Position numbers and translations under genes: made by a program. DNA of 64,000 nucleotides from a virus. Lineage: Duplodnaviria; Caudoviricetes. The stretch lies in the IMG/VR virus record IMGVR_UViG_3300036832_001498, positions 1,924 to 65,923 of that record. The stretch is one strand, 5' to 3'. This document shows, in pieces, positions 1-8,819 of the stretch; the first letter of the stretch is position 1, and each line of letters begins with the position of its first letter. The notes beneath the pieces are model-generated. The model did not search any database, was not told the origin of the DNA, and was given only the letters and a program-made list of their open reading frames with translations.

Positions 1-961
1 CAATTACTTGTACGCCATGGGGGATCACATCCGGAACTTGCCTGCGGGCTATGCCCGGCCCACGGCCTTCGAGCTGTGGAATGAATTCACTCGCAGGCCG
101 ACGGCGTGGCATGGGACGAACGCGCAAATGCTGACGTTGCTACAGGATGCGATCTGCATCTTGGCGGGGCGGGGGGAGCAGCTGTGCTCAACCGGGGCCA
201 TGAACGTGCCTGCGGTGGGCCTCGTGCCCGGGGTAGAGATCCTGACTCCGAACTCGGTTATGACCGCGCCGGAAATAAACAACTTTCACGACTGGCTGAA
301 CATCGTGCCCAGCGCTTCGATCACCACCCTGGCGGTGCACGGCTACGTGCAGAACGGCAGCTGCTGTGCGCAGCCGGAGACGATTCAGAAGCGCTGGCAA
401 AACCTTGAGAATCAAACCCCTGCGCTGCATAAGGGCAAGCGGGTCTGGTCGACCGAGGGCAGCTGGGGGATCGGATCGACGAACTTGCCCGATGTCGATA
501 TGCAGCAGGGTTTTGTGCCGCGCTACTACCTGGTGGGCTGGTCGAGTGGTTTCGAGCGCCTGTACTGGTACGCCTACGACAACCTGCAGTGGGGGACGCT
601 GTACGCCAACGGAGCGCTCACTAAGGCGGGCAAGGCGTACGCGACAACCTACGGCTGGATGGTGGGCAATCGCATGACCCAGCTGTGTGCCCCGGTGGTG
701 CTGCAGCACCACGACTCCTCGCCCATCTGGAGCTGTGGCTTGACTAAGCCGGATGGCACGCTGCTGCTGGCGGTCTGGGATACCAGCCAGACCTGTTCCA
801 AGGGGGTATGTACAACTTCGACGTACACCGTGCCCACCTCGCCGCGCTACACCGGCTACTACACCCTCAACGACAATCGCCGTCACGTGCTGGGCAAGAC
901 GGTGGGCATCGGGCTGAAGCCGGTGCTGCTGGCGACCGCAGCGGGGGGAGGGACGAAGTGA
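1..961 (+). CDS. Clan GH-A glycoside hydrolase (GH39/GH5-like), 5'-truncated by window edge
   Basis: ELWNE (acid/base NE), AVHGY, VWSTEGSWG (nucleophile E), YWYAYDN; frame open to the window start. Confidence 0.7.
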   Translation, partial: NYLYAMGDHIRNLPAGYARPTAFELWNEFTRRPTAWHGTNAQMLTLLQDAICILAGRGEQLCSTGAMNVPAVGLVPGVEILTPNSVMTAPEINNFHDWLNIVPSASITTLAVHGYVQNGSCCAQPETIQKRWQNLENQTPALHKGKRVWSTEGSWGIGSTNLPDVDMQQGFVPRYYLVGWSSGFERLYWYAYDNLQWGTLYANGALTKAGKAYATTYGWMVGNRMTQLCAPVVLQHHDSSPIWSCGLTKPDGTLLLAVWDTSQTCSKGVCTTSTYTVPTSPRYTGYYTLNDNRRHVLGKTVGIGLKPVLLATAAGGGTK

Positions 962-1839
962 AGCTCGCCCGTAACCCGTTGCTGGACAGTCTGATCGCCC
1001 AGAGCCGCGATCTGTCGCTGGTGGCCCTGGGGGCCTATGCCGCGCTCGTCATCGAGTACGCCGAGCGGGGCTCGCTCGATCCTGAGCGCATCGCGGCGCT
1101 CGGGCAGTCGCGGGAGGAGCGCGAGGCCTTGATGTTCGCCCTAGGCGAGTTCTTCCTGCGCGATCCCGAGGATCCCGAGCATCGTCATCGCCACCCGGCC
1201 CTCGATGCCGCCTTGGTGGGCGAGGCTCGCCAGCGCGAGGGCCGGGCGCAGGGTGGTCGGGCCCGCTGGGAGAAATACCACCAACTGCCGCTTCGAAGCG
1301 AGCGCCCTGCTGCAGCAGGAGCGCTCCCTGCTGCAGCTCTCCCTGCTGCAGCAGGGACTCCTCCTGCTGCAGCTCTTGCGCCTGCTGCAGCAGGGAAAAT
1401 TCGGAGTCTCCGCCAAGCTGGTACACGCATTCCGGACGATTTTCAGGTGACCGAAAGCATGCGGCAGTGGGCCCGGAAAGAGGGCCTGCCCGCACCCGAT
1501 TTACACGTCGAACATTTCGTCGATTACTGGACCGCCTCGGCCTCCGCCGGGGCGGTCAAACGGGACTGGAATGCTGCCTTCCGGAACTGGCTGCGCAAGG
1601 AGGCGCAGTTCATAGGAGGAAAAAACGATGCCTATGAAACCAATCAACCCCGACGACTTCAGCCCACTGTTCAGCACGCCCGCCGCCGACAAAACAATCA
1701 GTCTCGTGGAATCGCCTTCCCCGGAGCCGAGCCCGACGCACTGGAGTGGCTTGATGACAACCATGGCGCAGGACATGCGCCACGACTTACCCCCGGACGT
1801 GTACCGGCTCTGGAAGGCAAGACTGGCGGGAATTCCTGA
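958..1839 (+). CDS. Phage replication initiator-like protein (YdaU/DUF1376-like N-terminus, DnaT-like C-terminal FVDYW...KRDWNAAFRNW domain)
   Basis: GTG overlaps upstream stop (GTGA); LGAYAALVIEY N-terminus; RIPDDF...HFVDYW...DWNAAFRNWLR; internal DNA repeats. Confidence 0.65.
   Translation: MKLARNPLLDSLIAQSRDLSLVALGAYAALVIEYAERGSLDPERIAALGQSREEREALMFALGEFFLRDPEDPEHRHRHPALDAALVGEARQREGRAQGGRARWEKYHQLPLRSERPAAAGALPAAALPAAAGTPPAAALAPAAAGKIRSLRQAGTRIPDDFQVTESMRQWARKEGLPAPDLHVEHFVDYWTASASAGAVKRDWNAAFRNWLRKEAQFIGGKNDAYETNQPRRLQPTVQHARRRQNNQSRGIAFPGAEPDALEWLDDNHGAGHAPRLTPGRVPALEGKTGGNS
1306..1395. repeat. Five copies of CCTGCTGCAGC inside initiator gene (candidate iterons/origin)
   Basis: Copies start at 1306, 1327, 1342, 1363, 1381; copies 1, 3 and 5 extend to palindrome CCTGCTGCAGCAGG. 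Confidence 0.75.
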
Positions 1840-2209
1840 CGAGACCATCTGCGCCGCGCTGCTCTCCGGGCGCTGGACGATCTTTCCTTCGGTGGGGCAG
1901 GTGCTCGACGAGATCGACGCCATGAAGCGCCTGGCAGCGGCCCAACGCGAGGATGACTATGTCCAGTGGAAGCGCGAGCAGGAAGCAGCCGCAGCGGGCG
2001 GCAAGCTCGCGACCGAAGAGGATTACGCGTGGATGCGCAGCGAGTTCTACCGCATCTTCGGCGTCGAGAAGCAGGGACGCGAGGCGGAAGCGCGAAGACA
2101 GCTGCTGAAGCAGCAGGCGGCTCAACTGCAGCAGAAAAAGCCGGTGGAGAAAGCCGAGCCGGTGACACCGGAAAGTGTGAATCCGTTTCGACAGGAGAAC
2201 AAAAAATGA
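1628..2209 (+). CDS. Hypothetical; possible helicase loader/inhibitor-like protein
   Basis: AGGAGG RBS; FPSVGQVLD motif; position directly after initiator, overlapping it by 212 nt. Confidence 0.45.
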   Translation: MPMKPINPDDFSPLFSTPAADKTISLVESPSPEPSPTHWSGLMTTMAQDMRHDLPPDVYRLWKARLAGIPDETICAALLSGRWTIFPSVGQVLDEIDAMKRLAAAQREDDYVQWKREQEAAAAGGKLATEEDYAWMRSEFYRIFGVEKQGREAEARRQLLKQQAAQLQQKKPVEKAEPVTPESVNPFRQENKK

Positions 2210-2823
2210 GAGAAGCATTTGTGCATAGCGACGTACAGCGCATCATGGCCTCGGACATGTGCCCGGGCTGCGGCTCCATGCTGCTAGGGACGCCAGACGG
2301 CAAGGTGTGTCTGACCTGCGCTACGACTAAGAGCGGCACCGAGCAGGGCGAACCGGCGTGGGATGAATTCCGCAAGCAGGCGACAGAGCCCGCCGGAGCT
2401 TCCGAAGAAATCGCCGAGCAGAACAACCAGGCGCAGCTGCGCCTCGATCCGCAGCCTGCGGTGGCAGAGGAAGCGGACAAGGTGCCTGTTCTCCGCCCGG
2501 AACAGAACAAGCTTCCTTCGCGCTTCGACTACGAGCGGATGCTGGTGGAAACGCCGCCGCCCGTCGAGCAAGCCGTGGAGGAGAGCGAGCCTGCTGCTGC
2601 CAGCTCCACCATTGGGACGGCGGAGCTGGCCGGGCCCGCTACCGATCAGAATCCCGATCAGGAGCTGGCGGTCCAGCTGGCTGGGCTGCGTCGGCTGGTC
2701 CCCTCGATCCGCAAGCATCTACTCGATGCCTACGAGGAGATGTCGCAGGTCGGCATCATCGCCGAGCAGCTGCAGATCAAGCTGGAGGCGAAATCGGAAA
2801 CCGATTTGGAGAAACAACCATGA
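2206..2823 (+). CDS. Hypothetical with N-terminal Zn ribbon
   Basis: ATGA coupling, AGGAG RBS; CPGC...CLTC. Confidence 0.6.
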   Translation: MREAFVHSDVQRIMASDMCPGCGSMLLGTPDGKVCLTCATTKSGTEQGEPAWDEFRKQATEPAGASEEIAEQNNQAQLRLDPQPAVAEEADKVPVLRPEQNKLPSRFDYERMLVETPPPVEQAVEESEPAAASSTIGTAELAGPATDQNPDQELAVQLAGLRRLVPSIRKHLLDAYEEMSQVGIIAEQLQIKLEAKSETDLEKQP

Positions 2824-3074
2824 GCGCGGTGCCCAGCCAGCAGCGGAAGACGGCGCTCAAGTGCGAGACCGAGGTCGCCGATCACATGATCGACAAAGAG
2901 TGCCTGTCGTTTCGTTTAGCGGCGGGGTTGCCTTTGCTGTGCGGCCATCCCGCTGCCTGGTATCGCATGGCGGGCTCGCTGACCTCGGTCGCGGCCAAGC
3001 TGTGCCAGCGGCACGTCGACATGTTCCAGAAGCGCGGGCTCACCGTCGTGCCCTGTGATCCGCCCAAGGAGTGA
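2820..3074 (+). CDS. Hypothetical (Cys/His-rich)
   Basis: ATGA coupling in gene chain. Confidence 0.55.
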   Translation: MSAVPSQQRKTALKCETEVADHMIDKECLSFRLAAGLPLLCGHPAAWYRMAGSLTSVAAKLCQRHVDMFQKRGLTVVPCDPPKE

Positions 3075-3077
3075 AGC

Positions 3078-3389
3078 ATGAAGCAGGAAGAAATTTTTCG
3101 TCTCTCGCAAACCTTCGAGCACGCTCTGCATGAATTGCGGACGAACGGCAAATCGCGCACCGAGCGCGAGCGAGCGCAGCAGTGGGCGGATGATCTGGCC
3201 ACTGCGCTGCATCAGACTCCTGCCTTTCACCGCTACGTCGATGCCACCATGCGGGCGGCTACCGACGCCATGATCGAGAATGTGCCCTTGATGGAAGTGA
3301 TCTGCACCGCCATCCGCTGCGGCGTCGAGCTGGGCCTGGTGGCCGCTCGCGCCGATCAGTCGGTGCGGGCCGATGAGGTGCTGCAATGA
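3078..3389 (+). CDS. Hypothetical
   Basis: AAGGAG RBS, tight packing. Confidence 0.6.
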   Translation: MKQEEIFRLSQTFEHALHELRTNGKSRTERERAQQWADDLATALHQTPAFHRYVDATMRAATDAMIENVPLMEVICTAIRCGVELGLVAARADQSVRADEVLQ

Positions 3390-3697
3390 TGGAATTAAGA
3401 ATTGCGTGGCTGCTGCTCGGACTATTCGCGGGCTTTGTGTCCGGGGTGACACTGAGTCGGCTGCTCTGGATCCGGGTGCGCTGTCTGCATTCCCTGCGCG
3501 AGGACGTCGACTGCTGCTGCGGGCATCAGGCTCACCTGCACGTGGCCGGGCCGCCTTCGGTGTGCGGGGTCAGCTACTGCCCCTGCGTGCAGTACGTGCC
3601 CCAGTACGTCAAGCGGGAGGCGGAGGTGGATTCCGCCCAGCGCGACCGCGAGTATGACGAATGGCTGCGCCGGGCAATCGATCACGGCGCGAACTGA
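3386..3697 (+). CDS. Small membrane-anchored Cys-rich protein
   Basis: N-terminal hydrophobic helix, CCCGH...C..C.C; ATGA coupling. Confidence 0.55.
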   Translation: MMELRIAWLLLGLFAGFVSGVTLSRLLWIRVRCLHSLREDVDCCCGHQAHLHVAGPPSVCGVSYCPCVQYVPQYVKREAEVDSAQRDREYDEWLRRAIDHGAN

Positions 3698-3725
3698 AAC
3701 CCAATGAGAAGCGAAAGGAGCGACG

Positions 3726-4238
3726 ATGCTTTCCGTGGAGTCCTGCTACGCGCTGGCGGTGCGCAATGGTCCGGGCAAGAGCATTGCCGGGCGAGTCGTC
3801 GAGCTGCCCGAGGAGAAGGTGTTCTATCGCTTCTGCCCCGACCTTGCCCCCAGCATGCAGCTCGATTCCCGCGTGGCCTGGTATCTCGTCTCTCATCCCG
3901 AGCTGTGTACCGGCGCGATTCACTTCTCGACCGTCGAAGCGCTCTACACCATTCCGGTGCGCAAGTTCTGGCGGAATGCCGCCTACATCAGCCTGCTGCG
4001 CACTTGGGCGGTGGCGCGAGACATCTGGCAGAAGGGTTTTCTGTGGTACGAGCCCGGGCCCACGCGAGTGGAGCGCACCGCCAGCGTGCCGGTGCCCGCT
4101 GCCCAGCCGCTGTGCGCGGCGGCGTCCACGGCGAACTATCACAAGCCGCATGTGCCCGCCCTAGGCCGCTACGACGGCCAGTACCGGCTGAGCTGCGTTT
4201 TCTGCGGCTGCTGGCTGGAACAGGAGAAAAAACCATGA
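3726..4238 (+). CDS. Hypothetical
   Basis: AAGGAG RBS; 170 aa ORF. Confidence 0.6.
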   Translation: MLSVESCYALAVRNGPGKSIAGRVVELPEEKVFYRFCPDLAPSMQLDSRVAWYLVSHPELCTGAIHFSTVEALYTIPVRKFWRNAAYISLLRTWAVARDIWQKGFLWYEPGPTRVERTASVPVPAAQPLCAAASTANYHKPHVPALGRYDGQYRLSCVFCGCWLEQEKKP

Positions 4239-4450
4239 GAGGAACTTCCAACCGGGAGCGCAGCTATCGCGATAAACCGGCGCTGCATTTTCACGAATGC
4301 GAAATGTGCGTGCTGCCCCACCGCTGGCAGCACCTGAAGAAAGACTGTCATCTCACGGTGAGCGCGGCCTGTCAGTTCTACCTGCTTCGCCAGCCGTGTT
4401 TCTGTGTTAAAACAGAGCACAGGCAGATTGCCTCGGGCGGCGCAGTATGA
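4235..4450 (+). CDS. Small Cys/His-rich hypothetical
   Basis: AGGAG RBS, ATGA coupling. Confidence 0.5.
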   Translation: MRGTSNRERSYRDKPALHFHECEMCVLPHRWQHLKKDCHLTVSAACQFYLLRQPCFCVKTEHRQIASGGAV

Positions 4451-4543
4451 CTGCTGCCCCAGTGGTCTCTATAGCCGGGAGAAAAGGTTGTCCGGAATTC
4501 GTAACAGGATGTTGCCCTGCGGGAACATTTGTTTGCAAAAACC

Positions 4544-4572
4544 TTGACAGCTTCGCGGCCCGCGACTAAGAC
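4544..4572 (+). promoter_or_regulatory. Sigma70-like promoter TTGACA-N17-TAAGAC
   Basis: Perfect -35, imperfect -10, in a 230-bp intergenic region. Confidence 0.5.
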
Positions 4573-4624
4573 TAGGGGGCAACAGTTGTCAACCGTCGTT
4601 TGCCCTACGCAGGAGGAGCAAATC

Positions 4625-4684
4625 ATGTTCGTGTCTAGCCATATTGCATTGGCTGAGGACGCAACCGAAGCGGGGTTGCGATGA
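4625..4684 (+). CDS. 19-aa leader ORF MFVSSHIALAEDATEAGLR coupled to zinc-finger gene
   Basis: Strong AGGAGGAG RBS; stop overlaps next ATG (ATGA). Confidence 0.4.
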   Translation: MFVSSHIALAEDATEAGLR

Positions 4685-5541
4685 GCGCTGCCCCGGTTCT
4701 CACCGCCGATATCAGAAAGCAGCCGGGCAAACACGGCGCTTACCTCTGCCCGGAATGCGGTTCGCGCTATCCCGGAAAATTTGCTCTGGGCGAGCATCGT
4801 CAGAAGCAGCACGACATCCCCAATGACTGGGTGAAGCACACCAAGGGCAGGCCGCCCAAGCCTGCGAGTGATCGCACCGCCAAGATCCCCACCCTCGACA
4901 TCGTCCAGCGCAACGGCCAGTTCAAGTGTCCGGAGTGCGGCGAAAAGTTTCCCAAGCGCAACACCCTCGGGGTGCACCGCGCTTCTAAGCATGGGGTGCG
5001 CGGCACCTCGGTCGCGGCCAAAAACTACGCCGTGAACCGCGCTGCCACGACTCACGTGAATGGTCACATTGCGACCACCGCCGTCAAGCTGGTGCGGGGC
5101 AAGTATCGCTGCCCGGAGTGCCAGGCGAAGTACAACGATCTGCAGCATCTCGGTCTGCACCGGCGTGCCGCCCACGACATCCACGGCGTGTTCAGCTTCA
5201 AGCACCAAGCCCGACAAAAACAAAAACAACTACTCCTGAAAGGAGCACAGCAGAATGAGTACCCAGCCAGCCATGAAACCGACAACGATCCAGCCTATCT
5301 CTCCCCGTCCCCGCAACCTGTATCACCGAACGGCGCGGGCCGAAGAAAAACAGCGTGGACAAACGAGTCCCTCTCCGGCTTCGTTTTCGCCCACGTCCAC
5401 TCTCTCATCGAAGATGCGTGCCGAGGGCGTGAAGACGCTATCCCGGACGTTACCCAGCGGATTTCAGAGCTTCTTCACCTTGAGATACATGGGCAAGCGG
5501 CGCGGGCACAGCGTGTGGGGCTGCTACGTCGTATGTCCTGA
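4681..5541 (+). CDS. Protein with three classical C2H2 zinc fingers
   Basis: Three (Y/F)xCPEC-x12-H-x4-H units with conserved aromatic and Leu positions. Confidence 0.8.
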   Translation: MSAAPVLTADIRKQPGKHGAYLCPECGSRYPGKFALGEHRQKQHDIPNDWVKHTKGRPPKPASDRTAKIPTLDIVQRNGQFKCPECGEKFPKRNTLGVHRASKHGVRGTSVAAKNYAVNRAATTHVNGHIATTAVKLVRGKYRCPECQAKYNDLQHLGLHRRAAHDIHGVFSFKHQARQKQKQLLLKGAQQNEYPASHETDNDPAYLSPSPQPVSPNGAGRRKTAWTNESLSGFVFAHVHSLIEDACRGREDAIPDVTQRISELLHLEIHGQAARAQRVGLLRRMS

Positions 5542-5653
5542 GTGTGGGGCCAAGCCTGACCCGGATCAGGTGCCGCCCCACCGCCGCTGGCAGTGGTTGA
5601 CCATGCACACGCTCGTAGCTCATCGCGAGGTCTTCGTCCCTCCGGCCAACTGA
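5255..5653 (+). CDS. Overlapping hypothetical with C-terminal CPEC...H...H motif (alternative start about 5489)
   Basis: Preceded by AAGGAGCACAGC motif; overlaps previous gene in another frame. Confidence 0.45.
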   Translation: MSTQPAMKPTTIQPISPRPRNLYHRTARAEEKQRGQTSPSPASFSPTSTLSSKMRAEGVKTLSRTLPSGFQSFFTLRYMGKRRGHSVWGCYVVCPECGAKPDPDQVPPHRRWQWLTMHTLVAHREVFVPPAN

Positions 5654-5687
5654 ACTACCGAACGAATCTTAGGTGGAGCCCAATGCT

Positions 5688-5903
5688 ATGAAGAAACGGG
5701 AGCCTCTCTCTGCGCCGGGCTACACGGTCGACCAGAACGGTGATGTGCACATCGACCACGGAGCCGCTTTACGGGCGCTGCGCATGCGGCCTACGCCGCT
5801 GCTTCACACCCTGCTCACCTCGTACACGATGATGATGTTCACCCTGTTCATGCCCCACATCGCCCTCATGCAGGATTTTTTCGATTCGGGGCCGCCGCTG
5901 TGA
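5688..5903 (+). CDS. Hypothetical
   Basis: GGAG RBS, coupled to next gene. Confidence 0.5.
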   Translation: MKKREPLSAPGYTVDQNGDVHIDHGAALRALRMRPTPLLHTLLTSYTMMMFTLFMPHIALMQDFFDSGPPL

Positions 5904-6166
5904 GCGCCGACTACGACTGGGTCACAGCCGAATTGCTGGAGGAGGTTTGCGGCGTCGATGTCGATCCCGAACTCACCCTGCGCACCATCTTCGCCGCCAC
6001 CGGCTCTCCGGCTTTCATCCGCACGATTGATTCATGCCTGCACGGCGTGAAGAATGTTCCGCTGGGTAACTCGCCCACCGTGGAACACAAGCTGGCCCGC
6101 ACCGCGCTGCTGGGTGGCATCCAGATGGGCATCCGGATGGCGCTGCGGAAGAAGGGCAACCCATGA
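5900..6166 (+). CDS. Hypothetical
   Basis: GTGA coupling. Confidence 0.5.
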   Translation: MSADYDWVTAELLEEVCGVDVDPELTLRTIFAATGSPAFIRTIDSCLHGVKNVPLGNSPTVEHKLARTALLGGIQMGIRMALRKKGNP

Positions 6167-6348
6167 GGCACAAGCTGCTCTGGGGCATACTGCTGGCCAT
6201 AGCGCTCAACGCCAGCTACGTCTGGATGTTCTGGTACAAGAACGGAAAGAACTTCCGCGATACGGGCCTCTACATCTGGGTGCTGCTCATCGCCCTTTGT
6301 CTGGCTTTCGAAGTCTTGTGGTTCATTTATGTACCAGCCGTGCCGTAA
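6163..6348 (+). CDS. Small two-TM membrane protein
   Basis: Two hydrophobic stretches; ATGA coupling. Confidence 0.6.
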   Translation: MRHKLLWGILLAIALNASYVWMFWYKNGKNFRDTGLYIWVLLIALCLAFEVLWFIYVPAVP

Positions 6349-6362
6349 AACAGGAGCAAGCG

Positions 6363-6737
6363 ATGAAATGGTTCGGGAAAAATTGGGGCGCTCCGATCTG
6401 CTCGGGCATTGAACACGCCGGGACGCCGGTCGGAATGGAGTGCGCCCATGGCTGCGGCTGCGCGATCCGGGCCGATGATCGCGGGCTGCTGATTCCTTCC
6501 GGGGCGATGCTCGGCGCTACTGGTTTCGATCCGCGCCAAAACGGAACCCAGTACAAGGTCATCGATGGCGTGCCTCACATCGCCTACCACCTGGTTTGTT
6601 TTCTGACCTCGATTGGCTCTCCTCCTCCCGGCGATCTCTACGACGTGGCTCGCGATTGCTGCCACGAACAGGGCATGGACTGGACCGATCCGCGCACCGG
6701 CAAGACCTATCCCCCACCCAAGAAGAGCAGCTCATGA
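6363..6737 (+). CDS. Hypothetical (WFG..WGAPIC-type phage protein)
   Basis: AGGAG RBS; Cys/His motifs. Confidence 0.6.
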   Translation: MKWFGKNWGAPICSGIEHAGTPVGMECAHGCGCAIRADDRGLLIPSGAMLGATGFDPRQNGTQYKVIDGVPHIAYHLVCFLTSIGSPPPGDLYDVARDCCHEQGMDWTDPRTGKTYPPPKKSSS

Positions 6738-7036
6738 TTCACATCATCCAGTGCCTGTGTCCCTCGCGCCACGCCATCTTGGGAACGGCGTACCCCTCGG
6801 AAGACACGCCCGACGATGTGGCGCTCGCCGTATTTCAGATCGCGGTCGAGAAGATGCTGGCGATGAAAGCCATCAGGCCGGAGTGTGGCATCTGCGGCAG
6901 CCGCGAGTGGCACTACGAGACAGGCCGCACGAAATGGAAAACGCTGGAAGAAGCCCAGCCGCATCTGCTCCAGCTGGAGCAGGAAAACATCGCCTCGCGG
7001 GCGCTGATCGATCAGCTGAAAGCGAGCAAGAATTGA
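6734..7036 (+). CDS. Hypothetical Zn-binding protein
   Basis: QCLCPSRH...CGICGS; ATGA coupling. Confidence 0.6.
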   Translation: MIHIIQCLCPSRHAILGTAYPSEDTPDDVALAVFQIAVEKMLAMKAIRPECGICGSREWHYETGRTKWKTLEEAQPHLLQLEQENIASRALIDQLKASKN

Positions 7037-7199
7037 AGCCCAAAAAATGAGGGTTGCATTTTTGCTGCTCTCTGGTGCACCCTAGTACCGATTCAAAATC
7101 TCTGCCGCCCATCGGATCCTCCTACCTCGCGGCTGGCCATGCGGCAAGGCCAGAAATCTAGACGCTAAATTCGACCGACAGGGAAAGTCTGTCCCTAAA

Positions 7200-7499
7200 G
7201 TGGCCGCCCGCCCCAGCTCCACGCGAGTTTGCATCTTGAATCCCAGCGAAGCGGAGACCTTCGCTCAGACCGGGATCCTGCCTTCGTGCTCCGCCCATCC
7301 GCACATTTCAAAAAGCACGGCCACCGAATACATCCAGACCCTGCTGTACTTCGACGGCAAAGTTCGCCGCATGGAGGCCAGCTGGGCAGGCAAAGGAAAA
7401 CGCGCCCTGGTGTTTGCTGAAGCCCGCTCCTGGAAGGTCACTCGTGGACCCTCCGGAATCTGGGGCTGGCAGCTGGCGCATGGAGGAGGAATTCGCTGA
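7200..7499 (+). CDS. Hypothetical preceding terminase
   Basis: Stop abuts terS start (TGATG). Confidence 0.5.
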   Translation: MAARPSSTRVCILNPSEAETFAQTGILPSCSAHPHISKSTATEYIQTLLYFDGKVRRMEASWAGKGKRALVFAEARSWKVTRGPSGIWGWQLAHGGGIR

Positions 7500-7915
7500 T
7501 GGCTAATCCACATCGTCCGCCCACTCGCGGGCATCCGCCGTTCGAGCTGGGCAACACCATCGGATTTCAGAAGGGCGTCTCGGGCAGTGCTGGCCGACCG
7601 GTCAAGTGGCGCACCCTGATCACCCATGTGCTGAAAGAAAAACTTTCCCGCATGCAGGGCTCGGGGGAGAACCGCAAGACCTTCGCCGAAGCGTTGGCGG
7701 ATCGGCTGGTGGCCTGCGGGCTGCATCCCAAGCCCGAGGAAGACAAGACCGTGATCGCGGCCATCACCGAGATCATCAACTACACCGAAGGCAAGCCCCG
7801 CCAGCAGATCGATGTCAACGACATCACCGAAGCGGTGGCCGCTCGCAGTGACGCGGATCTCGAGTTCTACATCCGCCACGGGCACTGGCCGGAAGAAAAA
7901 GTCACCACCCAATGA
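7499..7915 (+). CDS. terS: Terminase small subunit (DUF5681-like N-terminus)
   Basis: FQKGVSGSAGRP motif; GGAGG RBS; immediately upstream of TerL ATPase. Confidence 0.7.
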   Translation: MANPHRPPTRGHPPFELGNTIGFQKGVSGSAGRPVKWRTLITHVLKEKLSRMQGSGENRKTFAEALADRLVACGLHPKPEEDKTVIAAITEIINYTEGKPRQQIDVNDITEAVAARSDADLEFYIRHGHWPEEKVTTQ

Positions 7916-8583
7916 GTTCTCTGACCAGCGACCTGATGGTGGGGGTGCTGGTCAAGCAGGAACAGCAGCGCCGCCAGATCTGGAATCTATGCGGAGAACA
8001 TGTTTCGAGCTTCGAGCGCGGGCCCATGTGCTGGCTGACCCAGCACACCGCCACCGAGGATTCGCACTGGCTGAAGAAGAACTCAGCGCCCGTCGCGCCC
8101 TTCCCGGCACTGGAATATTTCCTGCCGCTGATGGCGCTGCTGCTTTCCGAGCCCACCCTGTTCATCTCCAAATCGCGGGAGATGATGACGTCGTGGCTGG
8201 TGTGCGGTTACATCGCGTGGCTCACCCAGTGGCTGCCCCAGATTCTCTGCATCATCCAGACCGAGAAGGAAGACAAGGCAGTGCAACTGATCGAGTACTG
8301 CCGCATTCTCTATCGCCGTCAGCCGGAGTGGATGCAGGACAAGAACAAGCTCACCGTCGACAACGCGGTCGAGCTGAAGCGCAGGAACGGCAGCCATGTT
8401 CTCGCCGTGCCCCAGGGCGAGAATCAGGTGCGCCTCTATCACCCTCACCTCTACATGCAGGACGAATCGGCGTTCCTGCCCGAAGCCGAGCAGTGCTTCA
8501 ACGCGGTGCGTCCGGTGGCCAAGCAGATTGTGTGTGTGAGTTCGGACGAGGTGGGCTGGTTTCATTTGCAGACCCGGCGGTGA
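7912..8583 (+). CDS. terL: Terminase large subunit, N-terminal ATPase domain only
   Basis: ISKSREMMTSW (Walker A variant), LYMQDESAF (Walker B), VCVSS..GWF coupling motif, then stop at 223 aa. Confidence 0.75.
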   Translation: MSSLTSDLMVGVLVKQEQQRRQIWNLCGEHVSSFERGPMCWLTQHTATEDSHWLKKNSAPVAPFPALEYFLPLMALLLSEPTLFISKSREMMTSWLVCGYIAWLTQWLPQILCIIQTEKEDKAVQLIEYCRILYRRQPEWMQDKNKLTVDNAVELKRRNGSHVLAVPQGENQVRLYHPHLYMQDESAFLPEAEQCFNAVRPVAKQIVCVSSDEVGWFHLQTRR

Positions 8584-8594
8584 GGCGGTGATTC

Positions 8595-8819
8595 ATGGCA
8601 AAACTTTCGTCAGCCCGGCGTAACGCGCTGCCCGCGAGCACGTTCGTGTTTCCCCAGTCGCGCAAGTTCCCCATTCCCGATCCTTCGCACGCCCGCAACG
8701 CGCTGTCGCGGGCAGCGGCTAAGGGCCCATCGACCGAGGCCCGAGTGCGGGCGGCAGTGAGCCGGAAATTTCCCGGCATCGGAAAAAAGAAAAAGTCTTC
8801 GGCGTTTTTCGGAGAGTGA
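8595..8819 (+). CDS. Small basic protein (DUF6582-like, FPIPD.SHARNALSR), C-terminus SAFFGE
   Basis: Recognisable small phage protein motif; GAGG RBS. Confidence 0.65.
   Translation: MAKLSSARRNALPASTFVFPQSRKFPIPDPSHARNALSRAAAKGPSTEARVRAAVSRKFPGIGKKKKSSAFFGE

Noticed and set aside
808-957. N-terminal extension of the initiator ORF in the track
   Set aside because: It overlaps the GH gene; the GTG at 958 with GGAGG RBS and stop/start coupling is the better start.
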